This document shows positions 8,335-16,221 of a DNA stretch of 64,000 nucleotides, one piece after another. The stretch is taken from assembly GCA_949287595.1 (NCBI GenBank), contig CASEGV010000001.1, positions 129,982 through 193,981 of the forward strand. Reading direction: 5' to 3'. The notes beneath the pieces are model-generated. The model saw only the letters and a list, made by a program, of their open reading frames with translations, searched no databases and was not told the origin of the DNA. The translations under genes were made by a program, and so were the position numbers. The stretch is from an uncultured Mycoplasmatota bacterium (GTDB lineage: Bacteria > Bacillota_I > Bacilli_A > RF39 > UBA660). The stretch's first letter is position 1. Each line of letters opens with the position of its first letter.

Positions 8335-9217
8335 CTGTAGAATGATTATATTCGTCATTATAATCATTCTTTACCAGGATATCTCTATCCTGCAAGACTA
8401 TATTATCAAAAACTAGGTTATCACAACACTAATCTTAGTTTTGTCCATAGTCGTTGAATTGAATTTATTATAAAAGTGGATTCTGTATTAAAAATTCTAA
8501 CTCATTATTATCAGATACTCTAGATTTTAAGAACTCATAAACTTCTTTTCTTACTGATAAGTCTAAGAATTCAGTATATCTAGTTCCATCCTCTGATAAT
8601 TTTGTATAATTTTGAAATTTAACAAATGTATCAAATTCAAGATCGGCTAAATCATTTGTTGGTCCTGATATGATTGCTATAACTTTACCACCTAAGATAT
8701 GATTCAAGTTAGGTAATTGATAATTCAGTCTTCTTTCCCAATTTTTTGAAAAACCAACCTTAATACTCATAGGAAATTTAACAAAGTATAGATAACCTTG
8801 TTCTCCTTGAAATTTATTATGCAGTAAAGTTCTGTTAGCTAGTCTCATATGCCACTCACTACCATATCCTTTACTATTTTTATCTAAAGAATTTGCTAAT
8901 CGTATATTAGCCATTCTTTGTCTTTTTTCTTCGCTAACATTCCACAACCCTATCTTAGAAGTTCCTTTATATCTTCCTTCAGCATGAAGTTGTTTCATGT
9001 GTTCAGATCGATTCCATGGAGTTGTAGAAGATAGTGTAGAAAATAAATTAATCCTAAATATCTTCATAAGCTCTTCTTCTATATTTACTATTCTGCTTTT
9101 ATAATAAATTCAACTGCTGATTATTAATTATAATTAATTTCCAGCAATACACAAAATTAAATAAATGTAAACTACATTTATTTCAGGATTTTCACCTAAC
9201 GTACCAGTGAAAAATCT
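8335..9217 (-). mobile_element. Group I intron 5 with GIY-YIG/T5orf172-like endonuclease ORF
   Basis: P ATTGCTGGAA (9139-9148), Q AATCAGCAG (9114-9122), R TTCAACGACTA (8448-8458), S GATAATATAGTCT (8395-8407), hairpins CAGGATA/TATCCTG and AATGATTATA/TATAATCATT. 6-bp P1: exon CGUACU with GGUACG (9200-9205). The intron ends ..CUACAG. Confidence 0.8.
8468..9067 (-). CDS. Intron-encoded putative homing endonuclease (GIY-YIG/T5orf172-like C-terminal domain)
   Basis: GYLYFVKFPMSIKVGFSKNWERRLNYQ resembles the GIY..YIG/T5orf172 core. Lies between Q and R of intron 5. Confidence 0.45.
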   Translation of the reverse strand: MKIFRINLFSTLSSTTPWNRSEHMKQLHAEGRYKGTSKIGLWNVSEEKRQRMANIRLANSLDKNSKGYGSEWHMRLANRTLLHNKFQGEQGYLYFVKFPMSIKVGFSKNWERRLNYQLPNLNHILGGKVIAIISGPTNDLADLEFDTFVKFQNYTKLSEDGTRYTEFLDLSVRKEVYEFLKSRVSDNNELEFLIQNPLL

Positions 9218-10350
9218 AGTACGATTTGTTTTTCCGCAAATTCTTTAAACATCTTTAAAGTTTCCGGATTATTATACTCTTCTTTTGTTGCTCTGAGAGC
9301 TTCTTCTTTAGTAAAATTTAATTCCTTCATTAAATAGTCTAAGAATCCTTCTCTACACATCTCATATGCAATATGAATAGGTATAGAGATTTCATCAATA
9401 GCTAATGTAGTACTAGGAATAATTGGACATCTAGCAGAGCTTTTTGTTCTTACTGAATAAAGATCACGTGCTAAATTTTCCTTAGAGGTATTTAAAAGTG
9501 CTGTAGCCTCTTTCTTACCTGTATTAAGAAGTGCTCTTAGAAGTGCTGTATATCTAACTTTCTCACCTGGAGTCTTAAATTTAGAAGTTACTTCTGCATA
9601 ATTTAAGTCATTAGATTTAGTATCTTCTACGCAACAAAGTCTAATTATAATAGAATACCAGATACTAAGTTTATGAGATCCCATTATCTTTTTGCCATTT
9701 TTTACACCAAGAGTAAAAGGTCTCATCATAGCTGGCTGTACTAAGTAATACCTATTAATCAACTTTTTATATTCTACGAGACGACCAGGAAAATGTTCTT
9801 CTATAATCTTCATAAGTCCTTCATAAGAACATTTAGATTCATCATCTATAAATTCAGAAATCTTAAGCTCTTTTGTAGTAGGATTATAATCAAACTGACA
9901 AGTATCAAATACTTTAATACCTAATTTCTTTGCTCCTCTCGCACTATAACCATTTCTTCTAAGATCATCCCCGAAGAAATCTAAAACTATTTTGCTTTCT
10001 TTAAATATATCTTCAAATAATTCTTTAAAGATATCAAAGCGCAAATCATTTAAATAATAGAAAGGCAATTCTATTCTGGCAAATCTTCTAAGTCCTTCTT
10101 CTCTAGAAAATACTCTAGCTCCACAATTAGGACAAGGTTCCATAGAAGGTTGTCGAATTTTTCCACAGATACATCTATCTTCCATAGGAGATCCGAATAT
10201 TTCGACATCATATACTCCACCGGAGATAGGTTGTATACCGTTATACTTTAAGTCTAAGTCTCTATGATTATAGAGAACTCTATCCTTTCCATCACTTTTA
10301 GTATAATCGATGATTGCTTCATCGGTTAGTAACTCAAGAGATACTGACAT
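9218..10350 (-). CDS. RNAP beta-prime-like subunit, exon 1 (N-terminal, Zn ribbon)
   Basis: GGVYDVEIFGSPMEDRCICGKIRQPSMEPCPNCGARVFSREEGLRRFARIELP aligns with the beta-prime N-terminal Zn-binding region (GLF..IFGP..DYEC.CGKYK..C..CGVEV..RRERMGHI). The exon ends ..QIV-CU. Confidence 0.8.
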
Positions 10351-10367
10351 AAAATAAATTTAAAAAA

Positions 10368-11465
10368 TTAATTAGATTTAACTATTTCTGAAACATCTTT
10401 CCAAATAATCTTAGTAGCTAGTTCAGAATCATTAGAATTTTCTTTAGACCATTCTTTATAAACTTGCTTTACATCTGCTATTGCATCAGAACGCGTTTTA
10501 TCTTTTAATCTTTCAAAAATTCCAGAATCTTTATCTACTACTACTTCAATTAAATCTGAAATAACATCTTGTGTAATAGCTCTAGAAGTATTAGTGAATC
10601 TTCCTCTGTATTCTCGATAAACTAATACATCATCATAAGTAAGATCTAGATCAGAATATTCTGAAGAAGATCGAATTTCAGCTGGTTCTTTATTAAACCA
10701 GGATAATTGTAATTTTCTTACTCTATCCGCTACTTGCTGTCTTCCCATCTCTTCATACTTCTTAGCTAGTTCTTCTACAATATCATACTTAGCTTTCATT
10801 ATCTTTCTTAAAGCTTCTTTAATCTGAGTATCATATTCTTTTGGCATTGTAGGACAATCTAATATCAAGTCATACATTCCAGAAGAAAATAGAAATATTA
10901 TAAAAGCAGGAATTTGTCTTTGCTTTCTTCTTCTAGATACAACAGAATCTTTAGAAAGATCTCTATTAGCTAAGAAATCTATAAATCTAGCAATTTGATT
11001 TCTGGCTTCCTCAGCATATGCTTTATTAAATCCAGAATCATCCTCATCTCTAAAGTCAATATCAACATCTTCACCTCTTAACATAGTATCAGGTGTATAG
11101 AGTGAATTGACCATTCTAGAGTGACCTTGCTTATGAAATAGATCTTTAATGATATTTCCAATAGTAGTAATTGATGTGTGCTTTGGATTAGCTTGAACTA
11201 TAGTAGTTACTGCATCTTCTATAGCATTACTAGTATCTTTTTTTCCAGCAGCAATAATATCATCGTATGCAGTAGATAACCAAATTTCATCTTTAGTCAT
11301 CTTACCCTGATACTGTGATTCATCTACTTTTTCTCTAGCTTCCTCCGCATCTTCAAGGCTAATACCAGAATCATCATTATTGTCAGAATCATCGTCATTG
11401 TCTTGCCCGAGATATCCTTGGTTTTCCAAGTCTTCCTCTTCATCTAACAAAAATTCGTCTTCCAT
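10368..11465 (-). CDS. Hypothetical protein with a strongly acidic N-terminus, directly upstream of beta-prime
   Basis: Track ORF. D/E-rich first ~60 aa. No catalytic motif recognised. Confidence 0.6.
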   Translation of the reverse strand: MEDEFLLDEEEDLENQGYLGQDNDDDSDNNDDSGISLEDAEEAREKVDESQYQGKMTKDEIWLSTAYDDIIAAGKKDTSNAIEDAVTTIVQANPKHTSITTIGNIIKDLFHKQGHSRMVNSLYTPDTMLRGEDVDIDFRDEDDSGFNKAYAEEARNQIARFIDFLANRDLSKDSVVSRRRKQRQIPAFIIFLFSSGMYDLILDCPTMPKEYDTQIKEALRKIMKAKYDIVEELAKKYEEMGRQQVADRVRKLQLSWFNKEPAEIRSSSEYSDLDLTYDDVLVYREYRGRFTNTSRAITQDVISDLIEVVVDKDSGIFERLKDKTRSDAIADVKQVYKEWSKENSNDSELATKIIWKDVSEIVKSN

Positions 11466-11664
11466 CTTTTAGTCTTTTAATTGATTAATTTAAGTATTAT
11501 TTATTATAATTAAAGAGGGTAAAACTTTACCCTCTCCTTTATAAGGAAATAAGGGAATTTTATTGCACTTTTTTACATTATAGAAAATAAAAAATCATAA
11601 AAAATTAGTTATAAATTTCTATAACTATTTTTCTATGATTCAATTATTAGGCTTTCAATGATAA

Positions 11665-11706
11665 GTAAAAGCAAAATAAAGACTTAGGATCCAATCCTAA
11701 GTCTTT
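11665..11706 (-). terminator. Rho-independent terminator
   Basis: AAAGACTTAGGAT-(4 nt)-TCCTAAGTCTTT followed on the minus strand by ATTTTGCTTTT. Confidence 0.6.
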
Positions 11707-11726
11707 ATTTTTATTGATTTGTCTCT

Positions 11727-11894
11727 TTATTTCTTTTCACTACTATTACCTTCTGATAACTCTTCTTCAGATGGTGTAGTAGCTTCATGAATTTCGTCAA
11801 ATCCTTCTTTTGCCTTGTTCTTTGCATACAAGACAATAGCAATAACAGCGGATACTACCACTGTAATTCCCGAAATTATATAACCTTTTTTCAT
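11727..11894 (-). CDS. Small single-pass membrane protein (55 aa)
   Basis: My translation: MKKGYIISGITVVVSAVIAIVLYAKNKAKEGFDEIHEATTPSEEELSEGNSSEKK. It has a promoter-like motif upstream and a terminator hairpin downstream. Below the track cutoff. Confidence 0.4.
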   Translation of the reverse strand: MKKGYIISGITVVVSAVIAIVLYAKNKAKEGFDEIHEATTPSEEELSEGNSSEKK

Positions 11895-11928
11895 AATTTA
11901 TTAATTTTTATTATGTTATTTTTTATTA

Positions 11929-11951
11929 CATATATAAGGCTTTGAAGGATT
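11929..11951 (-). promoter_or_regulatory. Promoter-like motif (class 1 variant)
   Basis: The minus strand reads AATCCTTCAAAGCCTTATATATG, 34 nt before ATG 11894. Confidence 0.35.
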
Positions 11952-11968
11952 ATCAATCGGTTAATTAA

Positions 11969-12868
11969 CTAAATTTCACATTCTGTTATTAACTTCTTAA
12001 ATTCTTCAAAATTTACTGTACATCCTGCTGCACATTTTTGTCCACTAAACCATCTATATCCTCCGCAACTAAATTCTGGACATTTATTAGTATCTTTATA
12101 CATACTTAAATTATAAACATCTGGACCTCTTCTGTTGCAACATATTACTACATCATAATTGTCTCTAACTGAGTTAAAAATATTACTAGTAAACTCGGTT
12201 GTTAGAATGCATATTCCTCTATATTTTCCAGCTACTTTAACATCAAAGGAATAAACTTTACAAGCACTGTTCCAACTTCTATCTAGATATTTAAGAATTA
12301 TTTCTCCTTCATGAATAATTTCATCTAAATCTATATTTTCAAATATTAGATTATTGAATGCTTGAGGGGATATCATAAAAGCTTTAATACTATACCTAGT
12401 TCTTAACCCATATTGAAACGGTAATATAATATTATCCCAAGAATATCTTGTTTTATCCCAAACATCATAACACCCTATAAATTCTACTACTTTTGGAGAT
12501 ATTAAAGTAGGGTAAAAATATTCCCAACAAAGTTCACATGCAGCTGTACCATCTCTTCTAAGTCCTTTTATATCTGAATAATTATTGGAATAAGAATTAT
12601 TGATTGCTGTAGTGTGATGATCTATCCAAATAACTTCGAAGTTATTTTGAGATTTTAAATAAATCATAACCTCTGGTGGAAATGATAAATCTACTAATAC
12701 TACTCTATTAAATTTTTCTAAATATTTAATATCAGGTATATCATCTCCGTAGGTCCATCCAAACAATTCAGTGATACATCCAATCTCTCTTGCAAATTTA
12801 TTTGCTATACTCCCAGAGAAAGCCCCATCAAAGTCTACCCTGTGATAAATTATTAATACTTTTTCCAT
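11969..12868 (-). CDS. DHH-family phosphoesterase
   Basis: Motifs HRVDFDGAFSG (DxD), VVLVDLS and IWIDHHTTA (DHH). Confidence 0.6.
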   Translation of the reverse strand: MEKVLIIYHRVDFDGAFSGSIANKFAREIGCITELFGWTYGDDIPDIKYLEKFNRVVLVDLSFPPEVMIYLKSQNNFEVIWIDHHTTAINNSYSNNYSDIKGLRRDGTAACELCWEYFYPTLISPKVVEFIGCYDVWDKTRYSWDNIILPFQYGLRTRYSIKAFMISPQAFNNLIFENIDLDEIIHEGEIILKYLDRSWNSACKVYSFDVKVAGKYRGICILTTEFTSNIFNSVRDNYDVVICCNRRGPDVYNLSMYKDTNKCPEFSCGGYRWFSGQKCAAGCTVNFEEFKKLITECEI

Positions 12869-12963
12869 AATCCTCTTTTTTTATTTGTTTTTCTTCAAAG
12901 TAACTAATCAATATATTTAAATTACCTTCGATTTTATCTAATAAAATTAAAATTGAATCTATA

Positions 12964-13401
12964 TCAGCATTTTTCAAAACTTTCTAAAATATGTTTTTCA
13001 AATTCATCATTAATAATACTCATTGCCTTAATATCAACTATACAATTATACAATTGATATTTATGTAGCCAAAAATACTTTCCATAAAAGAATTCACTTC
13101 CTGGAATATTATCATTGTATAAATCTTTTACTACCTTTGAAAATTTAAAGAAAAATTGATCTTTTTCAGATTCTTTATATGCGAATGAATAGTTTAATCC
13201 GGATAAACATGTCCTTCCATATTCTGGCCCACACTTATTCTTTATATACTTCATAATATTTTTATCAAACGTTTTTAACGCCTGTATAGCAGTTATTATA
13301 GTATATCCTCTATTCTCTAAAAATTCTTTCATTTTTTCATATGAAATAACATATGAAAAAGCCCTACTAGTTGACTTATACATATTACTATTTAGATTCA
13401 A
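12964..13401 (-). CDS. Hypothetical protein (shares the KMxEFLxNRGYxII motif with 22557..22949)
   Basis: Track ORF; motif YEKMKEFLENRGYTII. Confidence 0.55.
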   Translation of the reverse strand: MNLNSNMYKSTSRAFSYVISYEKMKEFLENRGYTIITAIQALKTFDKNIMKYIKNKCGPEYGRTCLSGLNYSFAYKESEKDQFFFKFSKVVKDLYNDNIPGSEFFYGKYFWLHKYQLYNCIVDIKAMSIINDEFEKHILESFEKC

Positions 13402-13678
13402 TAAATTTTACTTTAGACTCTAATATTCCTCTAACTGACTTTTCTCTCAGAATTTTTACTTTAGGTACATAACTAGAATCCATAGGTTCTGTTAAATAAA
13501 ATAAATTATCTCCCTTAAATGTAGCCATTAAAACTCTTTCTCCAGGCTCGACATTAATTTCCATCGTTCCTCCAAAAATTCTTGTTGTTCTATTTTCTGG
13601 TAAAAAATACCATTTTAATATTAAACCAATAATTAAAACTAATAATACTGAAATTAATGTAATTTTTAATTTTCTCAT
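13388..13678 (-). CDS. Small membrane-anchored protein
   Basis: N-terminal hydrophobic helix LKITLISVLLVLIIGLILKWYF. Promoter-like motif upstream. Confidence 0.55.
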   Translation of the reverse strand: MRKLKITLISVLLVLIIGLILKWYFLPENRTTRIFGGTMEINVEPGERVLMATFKGDNLFYLTEPMDSSYVPKVKILREKSVRGILESKVKFIESK

Positions 13679-13702
13679 ATATTTTTATAATTTATATTTA
13701 TA

Positions 13703-13720
13703 CATTAATAAGGATTTAAA
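13703..13720 (-). promoter_or_regulatory. Promoter-like motif (class 1 variant)
   Basis: The minus strand reads TTTAAATCCTTATTAATG, 24 nt before ATG 13678. Confidence 0.35.
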
Positions 13721-13730
13721 TGTTCTCTAG

Positions 13731-13763
13731 ATAAAAAAAATCAAGGGAATTACTCCCTTGATT
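13731..13763 (-). terminator. Rho-independent terminator
   Basis: The minus strand reads AATCAAGGGA-GTAAT-TCCCTTGATT followed by T8. Overlaps the stop of 13750..14226. Confidence 0.7.
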
Positions 13764-14226
13764 CTAATATAATCATTATAATATTAAATAATTCAAATCT
13801 TCTCTTACTTTCCTGACTACATTCTAATCCCCAATTAAAACCAGACTGATTAGAATATTTATAACAGCCATTTTCATTTACTTGAATTTCAATACCAAAA
13901 TGATTTTCAATAACCTCTTTTAATTTTTCCGGAGATGACATAATTTCTACCTTAGCTCCAGAAATTTCTAATGCCTTTATAATAATAGCTGAAGTTCTGA
14001 CTCTCACTATTTTTTCTAAATATTCTGAGTCTAAGCCAGTAACATCGCATATATTTTTTAAGCAATTTTCTTCTTTTTTCAATTTACTTAATGTATAATC
14101 TTCATATAATTTTAGTGTAGATGTTATACTTCTATAACACCCTAAAGAATACACCAACCATAGTGTAAATCTTAAAGTGCTTGAAATAATTCCAAGCATA
14201 ATTTTTCTTAAAAAACTTTTTTCCAT
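13750..14226 (-). CDS. Hypothetical protein with an N-terminal hydrophobic segment
   Basis: Track ORF. A terminator hairpin overlaps its stop. Confidence 0.55.
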   Translation of the reverse strand: MEKSFLRKIMLGIISSTLRFTLWLVYSLGCYRSITSTLKLYEDYTLSKLKKEENCLKNICDVTGLDSEYLEKIVRVRTSAIIIKALEISGAKVEIMSSPEKLKEVIENHFGIEIQVNENGCYKYSNQSGFNWGLECSQESKRRFELFNIIMIILESRE

Positions 14227-14249
14227 TTTTCATTAATTTTATTAATATA

Positions 14250-14287
14250 AATAAAAAATCTACCTAAGTTTTTTTACTTAAGTAGAT
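14250..14287 (-). terminator. Hairpin with T-run
   Basis: The minus strand reads ATCTACTTAAG-(8 nt)-CTTAGGTAGAT followed by TTTTTTATTT. Confidence 0.5.
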
Positions 14288-14323
14288 TAAAATCTAATTC
14301 ACTTATGATTTATTATCATCTTC

Positions 14324-14346
14324 AATTATAAGGTTTTTAGGGTTTT
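14324..14346 (-). promoter_or_regulatory. Class 1-like motif
   Basis: The minus strand reads AAACCCTAAAAACCTTATAATTG. Here it precedes a hairpin (14258-14287) rather than following one. Confidence 0.25.
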
Positions 14347-14978
14347 TAAAAGGGTTTCCGAATTAACTCTTTTGGCAAATCCGAATCAGTATGTAATACA
14401 CTAGAATCAAACCCGCTTTCTATATATTTATACATCATATCTTTCCAAGTATTTAAAGATATTCCTCTCAATCTAACTAACTTATCTTTCTCTTGCAGGG
14501 TATCAGATAAATCATTTGAACCTATATTAAAATAATTATCATCTTTCCAATACCATAAAACAATGGGATTAGATATCATATTAGTTATTTCTTTGTTTAC
14601 TGACGAATGTCCAAAACTAGTACTCCACAAGAGATTATAATGATCTTTAGTATTAGATAATGGTGTTATTCTAGGACCATCCTCTAATATACACATTGAC
14701 AGACATGTATTAGATAAAATTTCTTTTGTACTTTTATCTGGAATAAACACATCAGTTAACATATCCATAAGTTCTAAAGTCGACTTATTGAAATCTTTCC
14801 ACTCATTTATATCTATTCCATTTCCTAAATATACTCTGGTAGAACTTTTATTATCTAGGATTTTATCTAAATACTGTATTTCTAAAACTTTATCTAATGT
14901 CCAATCTTCTTTATTCCAATACGAATCAAGTATTTCTTTGAACATCTCCATATCAATTTCATTCCAATTCTTTACCAT
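14346..14978 (-). CDS. Hypothetical protein
   Basis: Track ORF, co-oriented and overlapping the upstream ORF end. Confidence 0.55.
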   Translation of the reverse strand: MVKNWNEIDMEMFKEILDSYWNKEDWTLDKVLEIQYLDKILDNKSSTRVYLGNGIDINEWKDFNKSTLELMDMLTDVFIPDKSTKEILSNTCLSMCILEDGPRITPLSNTKDHYNLLWSTSFGHSSVNKEITNMISNPIVLWYWKDDNYFNIGSNDLSDTLQEKDKLVRLRGISLNTWKDMMYKYIESGFDSSVLHTDSDLPKELIRKPF

Positions 14979-15504
14979 ATTTTTCTAAATTTAAATTTTT
15001 TAAATCTTTACAATCTATTTTATCAAACAATCTAACATAGTTAATCTCCAAGTTATTCGAATATCTAGAAGGTGCATATTTTAATGGATTCTTATCTTTA
15101 TCGTACCAAATAATCTTCTTAAAAAATAAATATACTATAGATAAATTAAATGTTTTTAAAAAATATGATTCTTCTTTTGTAAGAAAGTATGGATAATCTT
15201 CTATAAGTTTATCAATATAATCTTTTGAATAACATTTATTTATCTTTAAATTATTTGAAAAATACCTTAAAAAAGGATCACCAAGTTTACTTCCGGATAT
15301 AACAAACTTTAATATAGTTTTGCTACTATGAAAACATGGAACTAAATAACTGTAATATTTAGATAAGTATATTAATTCCTTATCGTATATTAAATTATAT
15401 AAATATTTCTCAGGATATTGAGAAATAAGTAATAATTTTAATTTTTCAGCATAATTATTATCCTCTAAAGAATAATATCGTTTTAAAAATTCTACAAATT
15501 CCAT
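14959..15504 (-). CDS. Hypothetical protein
   Basis: Track ORF. Promoter-like motif 21 nt upstream. Confidence 0.55.
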   Translation of the reverse strand: MEFVEFLKRYYSLEDNNYAEKLKLLLISQYPEKYLYNLIYDKELIYLSKYYSYLVPCFHSSKTILKFVISGSKLGDPFLRYFSNNLKINKCYSKDYIDKLIEDYPYFLTKEESYFLKTFNLSIVYLFFKKIIWYDKDKNPLKYAPSRYSNNLEINYVRLFDKIDCKDLKNLNLEKYGKELE

Positions 15505-15525
15505 ATATTAATAAATTATCTTCTC

Positions 15526-15549
15526 ATATATAAAGATTTAAAAGGAAGA
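15526..15549 (-). promoter_or_regulatory. Promoter-like motif (class 1 variant)
   Basis: The minus strand reads CTTCCTTTTAAATCTTTATATATG, 21 nt before ATG 15504. Confidence 0.35.
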
Positions 15550-15583
15550 AAAAAGAGAAAGGTATAAATTACTATACCTTTCT
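15550..15583 (-). terminator. Rho-independent terminator
   Basis: AGAAAGGTATA-(6 nt)-TATACCTTTCT with T-runs on both strands. Followed on the minus strand by the promoter-like motif at 15526-15549. Confidence 0.65.
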
Positions 15584-15590
15584 TTTTAAT

Positions 15591-16139
15591 TTAGAATAAT
15601 TGATCCAATAAATTAGTTATATCACCTAATTCAGTATTAGCGTTTCTTATCTCTTTAACTTCAACTAGTTCTCCCTTCTGATTTACATAACTTGTTCCAG
15701 GGAAAACAATCTCTTTTTTCTGAATAGCCGCTTTATATTCAAAATTATCTTTAGCGGTATTTATTTTATTTATCCAATATTTAGAATACTCTCCTTTTAC
15801 CGTATCTATAGTATCTTCTTCAGTAAAAAAATCATCCCCAAAATAACTGGGTTGTGGACATTCATATTTAATTGTAGTATTAACATCATCATTCTCAGAA
15901 TCGGTCATTTTATATTCCCAATAAAAATAATTTTTTCCATTATATTTATATGTACCTTCTGATTTAAGATCTCCAACTACATCACCTATTAATTCTACAG
16001 TATTATTAGCAGCACCTTGTCCGGGAACTATTAGAGTCTGCTCCTGTACTAAACTATATAAGACTCTTCCTTTATTATTTTCAGGTCTTTCAACTATATA
16101 AGCTTGACCGTATATTATCTTTGATTTATCACTATTCAT
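15591..16139 (-). CDS. Hypothetical protein
   Basis: Track ORF with a terminator hairpin downstream. Confidence 0.55.
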   Translation of the reverse strand: MNSDKSKIIYGQAYIVERPENNKGRVLYSLVQEQTLIVPGQGAANNTVELIGDVVGDLKSEGTYKYNGKNYFYWEYKMTDSENDDVNTTIKYECPQPSYFGDDFFTEEDTIDTVKGEYSKYWINKINTAKDNFEYKAAIQKKEIVFPGTSYVNQKGELVEVKEIRNANTELGDITNLLDQLF

Positions 16140-16144
16140 AATTT

Positions 16145-16212
16145 TAAAATAAAAAAAAGAAGAACATTAGGACTAATTTACAATATCGTACGTAAATTGT
16201 TCTAATGTTCTC
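16145..16212 (-). terminator. Long hairpin terminator after the actin-like gene
   Basis: AGAACATTAG..CTAATGTTCT outer stem with AATTTAC/GTAAATT inner stem, followed on the minus strand by a T8-containing tract. Confidence 0.6.
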
Positions 16213-16221
16213 TAATATTAA

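Noticed and set aside
4146-9217. C-terminal tails of the track ORFs after each exon: ..N*, ..SGVKILSSNMVAHLK*, ..EINWGQSF*, ..NDYEYLWRL*, ..DFSLVR*.
   Set aside because: I interpret these as read-through into intron sequence, not as real protein ends.
2274-10350. The interruptions of beta-prime as inteins, or as a naturally split multi-gene RNAP.
   Set aside because: The gaps contain stops in the exon frame immediately after each junction. They carry P/Q/R/S group I core elements and U/G splice-site nucleotides, and the exon phases (2+1 nt split codons) only make sense after RNA splicing. A 25-nt coding piece cannot be an independent gene.
11466-11726. The 260-nt gap with several hairpins (11514-11535, 11605-11635, 11678-11706) as another ncRNA locus.
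   Set aside because: The hairpins are each followed by T-runs and are adequately explained as terminators or attenuators between the small membrane ORF and the acidic-protein gene. No conserved loop motif like TTGTGAAA is present.
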